Shown here: positions 1-8,035 of the stretch, piece after piece | How positions within the stretch are numbered: position 1 is the first letter of the stretch | Layout: every line of letters starts with the position of its first letter | DNA from: an uncultured Gemmatimonadota bacterium | GTDB taxonomy: Bacteria > SM23-81 > DAOVCL01 | Assembly (NCBI GenBank): GCA_964626665.1 | Contig: CAZVGK010000031.1 | Location: forward strand, 1-37,676 | Length of the DNA stretch: 37,676 bases | Direction: 5' to 3' | Made by a program: the position numbers and the translations under genes | Notes under the pieces: model-generated | Database searches by the model: none | Seen by the model: only the letters and a program-made list of their open reading frames with translations | Told to the model about the DNA's origin: nothing

Positions 1-89
1 AAACCTCTAAATCCCGAAAACTTTTTGCATGTTCCATTTCTTCTCACCGATAACCCGATCACCGATTACCTCGCACTTCACTTGGGTAA

Positions 90-499
90 ATAGTTACTGT
101 TACCAATAATGATCCAGAACTGGCTATTAGGGATTACTCCCAACGTTGGGAGATAGAAACTTTATTTGGTTGTTTGAAAAGCCGCGGCTTTCGTTTCGAG
201 TCCACACATATGACAAACCCCGAGCGTATTAGCAAACTACTTGCACTGTTGGCCATAGCTTTTTGCTGGTGCCACATCACCGGAGAATGGTTGCATTCCC
301 ATAAGCCAATCAAGCCCAAAAAGCATGGGCGAAAGGCAATAAGCATATTCCGGTACGGCTTAGATCAACTACGTGAAATTCTGCTGAACATCTCTCATAG
401 AATGCGAGACTTCAAAAAGATGGTACTATTACTCCTCAAACAATTGGCTTCTCCACTAATGCGCCCGATATGATGAACCAATTTTTGTCCTGTACAGAG
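90..499 (+). mobile_element. IS4-family insertion sequence remnant (3' part of DDE transposase plus right end)
   Basis: Open frame 90-473 (in-frame TAA at 87-89) reads ...DYSQRWEIETLFGCLKSRGF..., the IS4 Y-x2-R-x3-E-x6-K motif. The N-terminal part is absent. A terminal-IR-like sequence follows the stop. Confidence 0.85.
483..499 (-). repeat. Probable right terminal inverted repeat of the IS4 element (CTCTGTACAGGACAAAA)
   Basis: Lies 10 bp after the transposase stop, where an unrelated truncated gene begins. The left IR is not in the window. Confidence 0.6.
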
Positions 500-501
500 G
501 C

Positions 502-600
502 GGTTGCTATAGAATTGCATATCTAATCAAGAGCAAAGATCACATTGTTATATTGGGCGTATTTTATGGTGCACTTGATATTGACCGATATCTTTTATAA
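502..600 (+). pseudogene. C-terminal fragment of a RelE/ParE-family toxin
   Basis: Manual translation GCYRIAYLIKSKDHIVILGVFYGALDIDRYLL* matches the YRIxY...I.ILGVFHGA.D C-terminus of ParE-like toxins. The 5' part is cut off at the IS end. Confidence 0.7.
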
Positions 601-607
601 GAGGCTG

Positions 608-680
608 GCCTAACAACTGCTTCAAGACGGGCGTGAAAAGGCTAATGCTTTTTCACACCGCTCAAGCTGAAGCCTTACTT
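608..680 (+). other. Degenerate integron attC-like site
   Basis: R''-like GCCTAAC 7 bp after the toxin stop; GCTT(C)AAG(A)CGG / CCGCTCAAGC L-box-like pairing with extrahelical bases; inner hairpin GTGAAAAGGC/GCTTTTTCAC; R' position reads CTTACTT instead of GTTRRRY. Confidence 0.55.
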
Positions 681-858
681 CCCCAAAAGGAAAATTAGCC
701 CGGATTATGCGTTAGGAAACCACAAGATTTCACGAGATTATCACAAGATATTCAAAATAAAGAACTAACAAAAATTGAGGTTAAACCCCTCTTTCACCTG
801 AAAGGTGAAAGTCTATATTCTTGAAGGTTCTTATATAATCTGTGAAAATCTGCGTTCA

Positions 859-921
859 CCCCGTTAAATAATTTAGAAATAGACATCATCGCATCCCCAA
901 GCTTGCTTTTATTTAACGGGG
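859..921. mobile_element. 63-bp miniature inverted-repeat element (MITE-like)
   Basis: Perfect 13-bp terminal IRs CCCCGTTAAATAA / TTATTTAACGGGG flanked by a TTCA direct repeat (855-858, 922-925). Confidence 0.65.
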
Positions 922-1076
922 TTCATCTGTGGTTTATGCATATTTTGGGCTGGTAGGTTTGGCACAAAGGCCTTCTGTTCGAAGGAATTAGGAAGGGGAA
1001 GTCCATAGGATAATAAATTAACAGGGAGAGAATCTTTTCGTTTCTTGAATGGGTCCAGAAGGACATAATTTTTCTC

Positions 1077-1105
1077 TTGCTTTTTATCAGATTTTAGGGT
1101 ATATT
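1077..1105 (+). promoter_or_regulatory. Sigma70-type promoter candidate
   Basis: TTGCTT-N17-TATATT upstream of the 584-aa CDS. Confidence 0.5.
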
Positions 1106-1217
1106 ACAGTTAGCTTTCAAATATGAAGGGAAATAGCAGGAGGAAAAGGAACGATAGCTTTCCGTTCAGTGGCAGATAAGGGAGTAACTATTCGTTCCAC
1201 ATTTAAGGAGGTGTATT

Positions 1218-2972
1218 ATGAAACCTTTTAAGCGGTTGGGCTTTGACTTAAGTTATTTAGCGCTGCTCACAAAAAGGGGTGTCAAACCCCTGAGTCGGTG
1301 GGAGGAAGGGATCTCTCATAAAAAGGTGAGGGCACTGCAATATCTGGGGTTAAAAACCGGAGTGGTGGAGAGAAAGCTGTTAAACGGCAGCACCACCGAC
1401 GAGCTTATCTTTAGCAAATCCTCCAACTATCTGGACTTCTACACGAATCGGTTTGATAAAACATCCATCAAGAAGGATTACGAAACCAAAATTACGGAGG
1501 GTTTTTTATTCGGCTATCCCGGTTGTTGCGTGCGCAACTTTGCTGAAAACGGTTATACCGAGAATGAATATGCGGGCAACGGTCAGGAAATTCTCTTTCA
1601 CTGGGTATGCCCGGACTGCCGGATAACCCCCTCGCTTCTCCCCTATTATGAGAGGATTCATAATGAGTGCAGGGAGATATTTGCAGAACAAGCTATGGCC
1701 AGCAGGGGTTTATTGAAGAGTTTAGTTCCTGCTGCCGCATTATCCTTGCTTTTTTCATTTTCAGCGGCCAATGTTAAGGGTGATAACCCTCACTGGCTTC
1801 CCTTAGAAGCGGGCGACCCGGACAATGACTATCTCACCTACTCTGAAGAGGTTCTTCTGGGAACAGGCCTAAACTACTTTCCCCCGGACAGCTTAGCTGG
1901 ACCTGCCAAGGCTCTGGAATTCAAAGCGATCATTGATTCCCTGCCGATAGGTAGTTCTGATTCCACCTGTTATATAATCGAACATCCTACTTATGGAATG
2001 GAATACTGTCAGGTTTGCGGTGCACCAATAAATATGGGATTTATTGAGATTGTCAACCCGATGCGGGGTTTATCCATTCAAATACCCTATATGGGCCTTC
2101 ACTTTCTGGAAAATGGCAGTTTATCCTTTGATGGCACCATCAATTCAGGCCGAATTGATATAGAACTGCTGAAAGAGGTGCTGGCTCATTATGACACCGC
2201 TCATTTCCCCATAGTAACTTCCAATGACGGCGATAACGATGGTTTGAGGGATGATTACGAGGATGACTTTAACACCCAGTTAAATAATCCTGATAGTAAT
2301 GGAGATCAACTGGTTGACGGTGCTGAAGTGGCAGAGGAGCTACTTGAGGCAATTTCAGGGCTACCGGTTGTGGTGTGGCCTGATGAACCACCGGCCAACT
2401 CAATCTATATGGAATATTGGGAACAGGACGGGATGGAAGTTTGTGATATCTGCGGAATTCCTCTGAATATGGGTGATGTTCATATTGTAAATCCCTTAGA
2501 AAACACCGAAATTAGTTTTCCCATTATGGGGCTCCACTACTTAGCCCATGGAAGATTTGCCTATGGGGGAAGTCGTAATTCCGGGGAGATTGACGCCCTG
2601 CAACTGGCGCAGGTTCTGGGGACTCAAACCGTAGTTTCTATGTTAGAGGAACTCCCTGACAAAGAGAATCTTAGGTTAAAGAACTACCCAACCCCATTCA
2701 ACGCCAATACTGTAATCAGTTATAGTCTCCCAAAACCCGGCCTCATCACCCTGACGATTTACAACCTTCTTGGTCAAAGGGTTAAAACCCTGGTGGATGA
2801 ATTCAAACCATCCGGCAGTCATAAGGACCTCTGGGACGGCACCGATGATTGGGGACAGAGGGCAAGCTCTGGGGTATATACTTACCAGTTGCGAGCCGTA
2901 TCGGAAGATGGGCAGTCTCACTCTCAGGCAGGGAATTTTGTTGGGTCCGGGAAGATGGTATTGATAAGATAG
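1218..2972 (+). CDS. Multidomain protein: DUF483-like N-terminus, two CxxC/His repeats, FlgD/T9SS-like C-terminal domain
   Basis: RBS AAGGAGG. GFLFGYPGCCV motif; two GMExCxxCGxPxNMG...NP...MGLHxL repeats; DxDxD acidic loops; C-terminal NYPTPFN...IYNLLGQRVKTLV...WDG...SGVY.YQL. Confidence 0.85.
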   Translation: MKPFKRLGFDLSYLALLTKRGVKPLSRWEEGISHKKVRALQYLGLKTGVVERKLLNGSTTDELIFSKSSNYLDFYTNRFDKTSIKKDYETKITEGFLFGYPGCCVRNFAENGYTENEYAGNGQEILFHWVCPDCRITPSLLPYYERIHNECREIFAEQAMASRGLLKSLVPAAALSLLFSFSAANVKGDNPHWLPLEAGDPDNDYLTYSEEVLLGTGLNYFPPDSLAGPAKALEFKAIIDSLPIGSSDSTCYIIEHPTYGMEYCQVCGAPINMGFIEIVNPMRGLSIQIPYMGLHFLENGSLSFDGTINSGRIDIELLKEVLAHYDTAHFPIVTSNDGDNDGLRDDYEDDFNTQLNNPDSNGDQLVDGAEVAEELLEAISGLPVVVWPDEPPANSIYMEYWEQDGMEVCDICGIPLNMGDVHIVNPLENTEISFPIMGLHYLAHGRFAYGGSRNSGEIDALQLAQVLGTQTVVSMLEELPDKENLRLKNYPTPFNANTVISYSLPKPGLITLTIYNLLGQRVKTLVDEFKPSGSHKDLWDGTDDWGQRASSGVYTYQLRAVSEDGQSHSQAGNFVGSGKMVLIR

Positions 2973-3473
2973 GAACTATCCTGAACCAACTCAGTGGTAT
3001 CGTATGTCTCGAAGAAAGGGCAACTAACACTTATGTTAGGTGCCCTTTCTCTTAGGGAGGAAGGCAATTCCAAGTTTCAAGACTTTTCTAAGGGGGGAAG
3101 GGAGGCACTTCCCATATTTTTTGACAATCGGGTTTGGCAAATTGATGTTTGGGGAAGAGGTAACCCTATCGAAGGTGGATTGACACAGATCCTTAGGATT
3201 ACTCAGGTCACATTAGGGTTTGCACCATGGTATCTCAAGTCTTTTGCAAGGAGCGTGAAGACGAAACAATCTTTTGGCTTCAACCTTAATTCAGTGTCTT
3301 TTTGATTGCTTCGCTGCCCCTTCACTTCATTCGGGGCTACGGTTCACCGCAATGACTTAAGTACTTAGTGCTTCCATAGCAATTTCATATTCCGAGCATA
3401 TCTGACTGCTGATTCCTAACCGCCTTGAAATTGTACCCCATGAGGCTCCCAATTAAAAAACCCAATAATTCAC

Positions 3474-3501
3474 TTGACATACGGCGTAGAGAGAATATTT
3501 T
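3474..3501 (+). promoter_or_regulatory. Sigma70-type promoter candidate
   Basis: Perfect TTGACA (3474-3479), 16-bp spacer, TATTTT. Confidence 0.45.
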
Positions 3502-3505
3502 ATTA

Positions 3506-3729
3506 TCGGTGATTGTGGTATTAGGTCGTAAGCCTTGTATCCGAAAACAGCGCTAGTGGGGGAACATTTGAAAAAACTCAGGGAATCAACTGGTAAAGCT
3601 TTATCAATGAGGTGATCAACGAGCAAACGATGGTGATTTGCCCGCACCTCCGCGGTGGCAAGCCCATGAGAAACCCAATGGACAGACTGCAATTGCCACC
3701 AGCAAGCGGAGTTTTATAATCCACACCGA
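3506..3729 (+). ncRNA. Candidate structured RNA of unknown family
   Basis: Begins near the predicted TSS. Ends are complementary (TCGGT..GTGG.ATTA / TAATCCACACCGA). Internal helices GAGGTG/CACCTC, GGTGGCAA/TTGCCACC, CTCCGC/GCGGAG. No convincing ORF. Confidence 0.3.
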
Positions 3730-3829
3730 AGGTCCCTTTACGAAACTGTGTGAATAATAGTTAGGCATAGATAACCGAAGGAGGCTAACAATTAACATAT
3801 TCAGTTCAAATATTAATATCGCTAATAAA

Positions 3830-4072
3830 TTCAATCCCAATGAGATGAATAAAGAATTCAAGAAAAAATTAGAAACCAATAATTGCTCGGAAAGTAGGGT
3901 CAGCTATTGGGTTACAAAAGATGCACGGCTCATCCGAAAAACACTAACCCTACCATCAGAACGACAAAAGAAAGAGATTGAAGAAGCTGGACAGACTCCA
4001 ATTTTTAGCTATAATCAAACTGATTTTGTAAAAGATAGGGTTGCAATTGAAGTTCAGTTCGGAAAATACTCT
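3830..4072 (+). pseudogene. Internal fragment of a BstYI/BglII-family type II restriction endonuclease
   Basis: SYNQTDFVKDRVAIEVQFGKYS matches the BstYI catalytic region (D...E-x-Q) as I recall it. Both termini are missing and no methyltransferase is adjacent. Confidence 0.8.
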
Positions 4073-4153
4073 AAACAAGAGGCTTGGGGTCAAATTTTCA
4101 ATTAACAATATCTGAGGAACTGTTAAATCCTCTTGGCAAAAAAAGGAGTGCAA

Positions 4154-4924
4154 ATGCGCCAACCAATTATTGCTGGAAACTGGAAGATGAACAAAACCAA
4201 TCAGGAAGCCAAAGAGCTGGCCGAATCCATAATCCAAGGCATGGCTACTACCTCCCCTTTTCCAGAGGTAGTTCTCTGTCCTCCCTTTACCGCCTTAGAG
4301 ACCGTAAAGGGGGTAATCAGCGGCCATAGGATAATAGGGTTAGGGGCACAAAATGTCTTCTGGGAGAGCGCAGGGGCCTATACCGGGGAAATTTCACCTA
4401 ATATGCTCTTGACTGTTGGCTGCAGATATGTTATATTAGGGCATTCGGAGAGGAGAAAATACTTCTCCGAGAGCAATCAGATAGTTAACAGGAAAATCAA
4501 GGCGGCTGTTTCTGCTGGGCTTTTCCCCATTCTCTGTGTGGGGGAAACCTTAGAGGAGAGGGAAGAGGGGAGGACTGAGGTCCTTGTGGACCGGCAGCTA
4601 AAGGAAGCCCTCAAAGGGCTGAGCAGAGGGGAGATAGAAAACCTGGTAGTGGCCTACGAGCCCATCTGGGCTATAGGAACAGGGAAAACGGCCTCCCCGC
4701 AGCAGGCTGGTGAAGTTCATGGCTTCATCAGGGACCTTCTCTCCAACCTCTACGATAGGAAGCTAGCGGAGAAACTGCGGATCATCTATGGGGGGAGCGT
4801 TAAACCCGGAAACGCCAGGGATCTGTTTAGCCAATCCCAGATAGATGGCGGCCTGGTGGGAGGAGCAAGCCTGCAAGCTGATTCCTTCTGGCAAATTGTA
4901 AACTCATATCCGATAGGTGATTAA
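4154..4924 (+). CDS. tpiA: Triosephosphate isomerase
   Basis: AGNWKMN, GHSERR, AYEPIWAIGTG, YGGSV and DGGLVGGASL motifs. ATG 4154 follows RBS AAGGAG. Confidence 0.99.
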   Translation: MRQPIIAGNWKMNKTNQEAKELAESIIQGMATTSPFPEVVLCPPFTALETVKGVISGHRIIGLGAQNVFWESAGAYTGEISPNMLLTVGCRYVILGHSERRKYFSESNQIVNRKIKAAVSAGLFPILCVGETLEEREEGRTEVLVDRQLKEALKGLSRGEIENLVVAYEPIWAIGTGKTASPQQAGEVHGFIRDLLSNLYDRKLAEKLRIIYGGSVKPGNARDLFSQSQIDGGLVGGASLQADSFWQIVNSYPIGD

Positions 4925-4925
4925 A

Positions 4926-5300
4926 ATGTTTGCATTTTTGATCTTGATACATGTCCTTGTTTGTGTTGGCCTTATACTGGCCATCCTTCTCCAGTCGGGA
5001 AGCGGCGGTGGATTGGCAGGGGCATTTGGAGGAGGGGGGCTTTCCAGTGCTGTATTCGGAGGAAGGGGAGCAGCCCCGTTTTTGAGCAAGTTAAGCACTG
5101 TTCTGGCCGTTGTCTTTGCCCTCAGTTGCATCTCTCAGTCGATGATTCACCCGGCAAAGCATGCCATCAGCATAATTCAGGAACAGGCCAAACAAAGGGC
5201 CAAGCAACCGCCCCCTCCACAACAACCTCCCCCTACCTCGCAGGGAGAGGAAGGGCAATTTAAGCTACCCGCTCCCCCGGAGAGCTCAGGAACAAAGTAG
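4926..5300 (+). CDS. secG: Preprotein translocase subunit SecG
   Basis: Two TM helices, ILLQSG.GGGLAGAFGGG motif, conserved tpiA-secG-tRNA-Leu synteny. Alternative GTG start at 4917. Confidence 0.95.
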   Translation: MFAFLILIHVLVCVGLILAILLQSGSGGGLAGAFGGGGLSSAVFGGRGAAPFLSKLSTVLAVVFALSCISQSMIHPAKHAISIIQEQAKQRAKQPPPPQQPPPTSQGEEGQFKLPAPPESSGTK

Positions 5301-5305
5301 ATCTT

Positions 5306-5390
5306 GCCGAAGTGGTGGAACCTGGTAGACACGCTGCTTTGAGGGGGCAGTGCCCGATTGGGTGTGGGGGTTCAAATCCCCCCTTCGGCA
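5306..5390 (+). tRNA. tRNA-Leu (anticodon GAG), CCA not encoded
   Basis: Acceptor GCCGAAG/CTTCGGC+A; anticodon stem CTGCT/GGCAG with loop TTGAGGG; long variable arm; T-arm GGGGG-TTCAAAT-CCCCC. Confidence 0.97.
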
Positions 5391-5391
5391 T
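5339..5391 (+). repeat. attL core (3' part of the tRNA from the anticodon loop)
   Basis: Identical to 20799-20851. Confidence 0.97.
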
Positions 5392-6484
5392 CCTTGTTTT
5401 TCAATGGGTTATGGCGGTTCTGGTTTAGTGAAATCTTGCTCGATCTGGACTTGGTGTCCATAAAGTGTCCACCGAAATCCAGCATCGCCATTCCCATCCT
5501 CAGGTGATCAGGGGCCAGGTGGGCGTATCTCATCGTAGTCTTGATGTCCTTGTGGCCCATCAGCCTCTGCACCGTGGGGAGGTCCACCCCGGACATAACC
5601 AAATGGCTGGCAAAGGTATGCCGGAGAGCATGAGGGTAGAGATGGCCCAGACCGGCAGCCTTTGCTGCCTTCTCCAGTTTCTCTCTAATGAAATGATTCC
5701 CCAGCATTGACCCTCCCTGATTGCAAAAGACATACCCCTTTGCCGCCTTCATAGGCTCCAATATCCTCCGGACCTCCTCGTGCAAGGGCATTGTCCTTGA
5801 CTCATAATTCTTGGTGTGCCACTCCTCCCTGCTGCTCACTGTCAGGCTACCTCTTGCAAAGTCAATGTCCTCCCAACGGAGATTAAGAAGCTCCGACTTT
5901 CTCATCCCGGTATGGAGAGCCGTAACCACCAGAGGATAAATCTCCGGAGTGTGCTCCAGGCAGGCATCAATTAGCCTTGCCACCTCATCCTGATCAAGAA
6001 ACCTGGGAGAGTTCATCGCCACCCTGATCTTCTTCACTGGCTTGGCAGGGTTCTCCTTGAGGTATCCCCACTCAACAGCCATCCTGAGGAGATGCTTCAA
6101 GGTGTTTAACTCCCTGTTTAGAGTCTCCGGCTTCACCTTATCCAGCCTTTCAGCCTTATACCTTTCAATCTCCTTGGTGGAAATAGTGTGAAGAAAGCGA
6201 CTGCCAAAGAAAGGGATCAGGTGGACATTGATGGTTAGCAAATCCCTCCTATAGGAACTCTGGGCCTTGTTGACCTTGCAATACTTTGCATATTCCTGGG
6301 CAAACTCACGGAAGGGAACCTTCTTCGGTTCCTCAATCCCGATCTTGCCCTGGGCAATCTTGATCTGCTTATCCTTCAGGGCCAGCTTAGCAACCTGATA
6401 GGATGGCCCTATCTTCTTCCTCTTGCGGACACCTTGGACACGGTAGTCTATGAACCAGTTTTCACCCTTCTTATAGACTCCCAT
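5372..6484 (-). CDS. int: Tyrosine recombinase / phage integrase
   Basis: N-terminal arm-binding-like segment (WFIDYR..G.RKRK); catalytic TGMRKSEL, HALRHTFAS, LMGH, TTMRYAH; RBS AAGGAGG. Confidence 0.97.
   Translation of the reverse strand: MGVYKKGENWFIDYRVQGVRKRKKIGPSYQVAKLALKDKQIKIAQGKIGIEEPKKVPFREFAQEYAKYCKVNKAQSSYRRDLLTINVHLIPFFGSRFLHTISTKEIERYKAERLDKVKPETLNRELNTLKHLLRMAVEWGYLKENPAKPVKKIRVAMNSPRFLDQDEVARLIDACLEHTPEIYPLVVTALHTGMRKSELLNLRWEDIDFARGSLTVSSREEWHTKNYESRTMPLHEEVRRILEPMKAAKGYVFCNQGGSMLGNHFIREKLEKAAKAAGLGHLYPHALRHTFASHLVMSGVDLPTVQRLMGHKDIKTTMRYAHLAPDHLRMGMAMLDFGGHFMDTKSRSSKISLNQNRHNPLKNKDAEGGI
5452..5471 (+). repeat. Integrase arm-type site pair (TGGTGTCCATAAAGTGTCCA), left copy
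   Basis: Identical 20-mer at 20647-20666; contains two GTGTCCA units 11 bp apart. Confidence 0.75.
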
Positions 6485-6640
6485 GTCTCCTCCTTGGTTT
6501 TACAGGCAAAACTTCTTCTACCTTCCTTTTTCTCTAAACCGCTCAGCTTCGCTCAGGGAGGGGCCTTTCAACCCCTCCCCTATGCCCAGAGCATATTTCA
6601 ATGCTCAGGCAGCCATCATAATTGTATTAGGTTCAGGCTT

Positions 6641-6865
6641 CTAATACTGCCTTCCTTCAGGAAGTATCTTGATCAAGGTTTCCTTGACTCCATCAAGCTG
6701 CTCCTCTACCTCTTCCACCTGATTCTGGATATGCAACAAAGTCCATTGCATATCTTCCTCTGGTGTATTTTCCTTGCTACCCGCTGCTGTTATAGTCACT
6801 CCCAATTGGTGACAGATTCCGCTTAGACTGTCCTCCAGGGCCAAAATCTCATTTAGAGGATTCAT
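6641..6865 (-). CDS. Small helical hypothetical protein
   Basis: RBS AGGAGG; overlaps the upstream ORF; similar to 6849-7139. Confidence 0.7.
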   Translation of the reverse strand: MNPLNEILALEDSLSGICHQLGVTITAAGSKENTPEEDMQWTLLHIQNQVEEVEEQLDGVKETLIKILPEGRQY

Positions 6866-7139
6866 CGCTTGCCTCCTGGCTGAGATCCTTGAGCTTCTCT
6901 TCCACCTTCCACAGGATATCGTCCCGTATCTCTCTCAGCTTGTCCAGAACTCCAGAGAGAGCAAGAGAGATATCCACACCCCCAACCTGATAATCATTCA
7001 CCCACCATATGCCCTCTCCCCCTGATGCTGCAGCCACTGTCACCACCAATGTGCCGTCAATCTCCGATAGGCGGTTGTTTGCCTCTTTCATCGCCTTGAC
7101 TAACCCGGTGATCTTTTCCTTGGTGCTTGGGTTTGCCAT
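6849..7139 (-). CDS. Small helical hypothetical protein
   Basis: RBS AGGAGG; first gene after the promoter and structured leader. Confidence 0.75.
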   Translation of the reverse strand: MANPSTKEKITGLVKAMKEANNRLSEIDGTLVVTVAAASGGEGIWWVNDYQVGGVDISLALSGVLDKLREIRDDILWKVEEKLKDLSQEASDESSK

Positions 7140-7153
7140 AACACCCTCCTAAC

Positions 7154-7255
7154 AAAAAGGGCCACTTTCACTGAACCTGTCGAGGCAGGACTATGTCCTT
7201 AAACAGCTACTTGTGGCCCGTTTATAGGCAATAAAAAGCCCGCCTTCGACAGATT
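7154..7255 (-). ncRNA. Structured leader, C4/CI antisense-RNA-like architecture
   Basis: GGGCCAC/GTGGCCC helix followed by a U-run, inner AGGAC/GTCCT hairpin, and a 5' segment (7242-7255) complementary to internal segment 7174-7186. Confidence 0.5.
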
Positions 7256-7261
7256 AGATAT

Positions 7262-7290
7262 AATATACATCCTCAGATCGGATTTGTCAA
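7262..7290 (-). promoter_or_regulatory. Sigma70-type promoter
   Basis: TTGACA-N17-TATATT on the minus strand. Confidence 0.7.
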
Positions 7291-7858
7291 CAACTTTCTT
7301 TAACTTTTTTTAGGAGGGCACTTTGTAAAGGATTTTAGAAGAACACGATAATTTTGAGAGAAATAAGATATATGGAGAAAAGATTGGGCAACGCGTTGCC
7401 TCATCTTTAGATAAAAGCCGAGGATAAAAGCCCTGAGATAGCCGATTCCAGGGGGTAAACCTTCTAAGTCAACCAATCCCCCTAAACCTACCAGTTGGGG
7501 TCTTTAACCCCTGCAGTAACTCCGGGATTTCCTTCTAAACCCCCTATTAGAAGGCGATAAATTTGAGGCAGTGACCCCATAATTTCCTCTAAGTCAAACT
7601 GAGGTCTCTGCTCCACTGTTTCTTACTCTTCGACCATCGTCTCACCTATGTTTTCGCTCTCAGATTGCATTTTTAGCCCTTTTTCGCCTTATCCCTCGAC
7701 TGCGACAGAAGGGTCATTTTTAGGGTTTTAAAAGCCCCTTTTAAGTGATTTAAAGTCCCTCTCACACTCTCTGGCGCCTCCTTTTCAAAGAGGTCAAGTA
7801 TTATATCGGCTCTGAGGCCAAAAACAGAGGTAAAAGGTAGAGAGTCTTTTAACTCCTT

Positions 7859-7898
7859 AGTAGAATGAAGTAGAACGGAGTAGGATTAAGTAGGAACA
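7859..7898 (+). repeat. Four AGTAGRA units at exact 10-bp spacing (iteron-like)
   Basis: agtagaatga-agtagaacgg-agtaggatta-agtaggaaca within a ~900-bp non-coding region. Confidence 0.55.
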
Positions 7899-8035
7899 TC
7901 CTATAAGAAGTTATTTTGAAAGGTCGAGGGATAGGGCGTTGCTTTCAGACCTACAAAACCCTTGATAAACGGTCATTATTTGGATACCAAAACTGAAAGG
8001 CCCCTTATATCCACTCTTCCTCTGCACCTATACCA

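Noticed and set aside
2994-3305. 103-aa ORF after the 584-aa gene
   Set aside because: No RBS or recognisable motif, and it overlaps REP-like palindromic sequence.
3305-3356. GATTGCTTCG...CGCAATGAC segment as a possible ncRNA
   Set aside because: Looks like a common intergenic palindromic repeat remnant; single partial copy here.
3755-3790. GTTAGGC followed by an RBS, resembling an integron attI core or cassette start
   Set aside because: No intI nearby, no start codon after the RBS and no matching attC; a 7-mer alone is insufficient.
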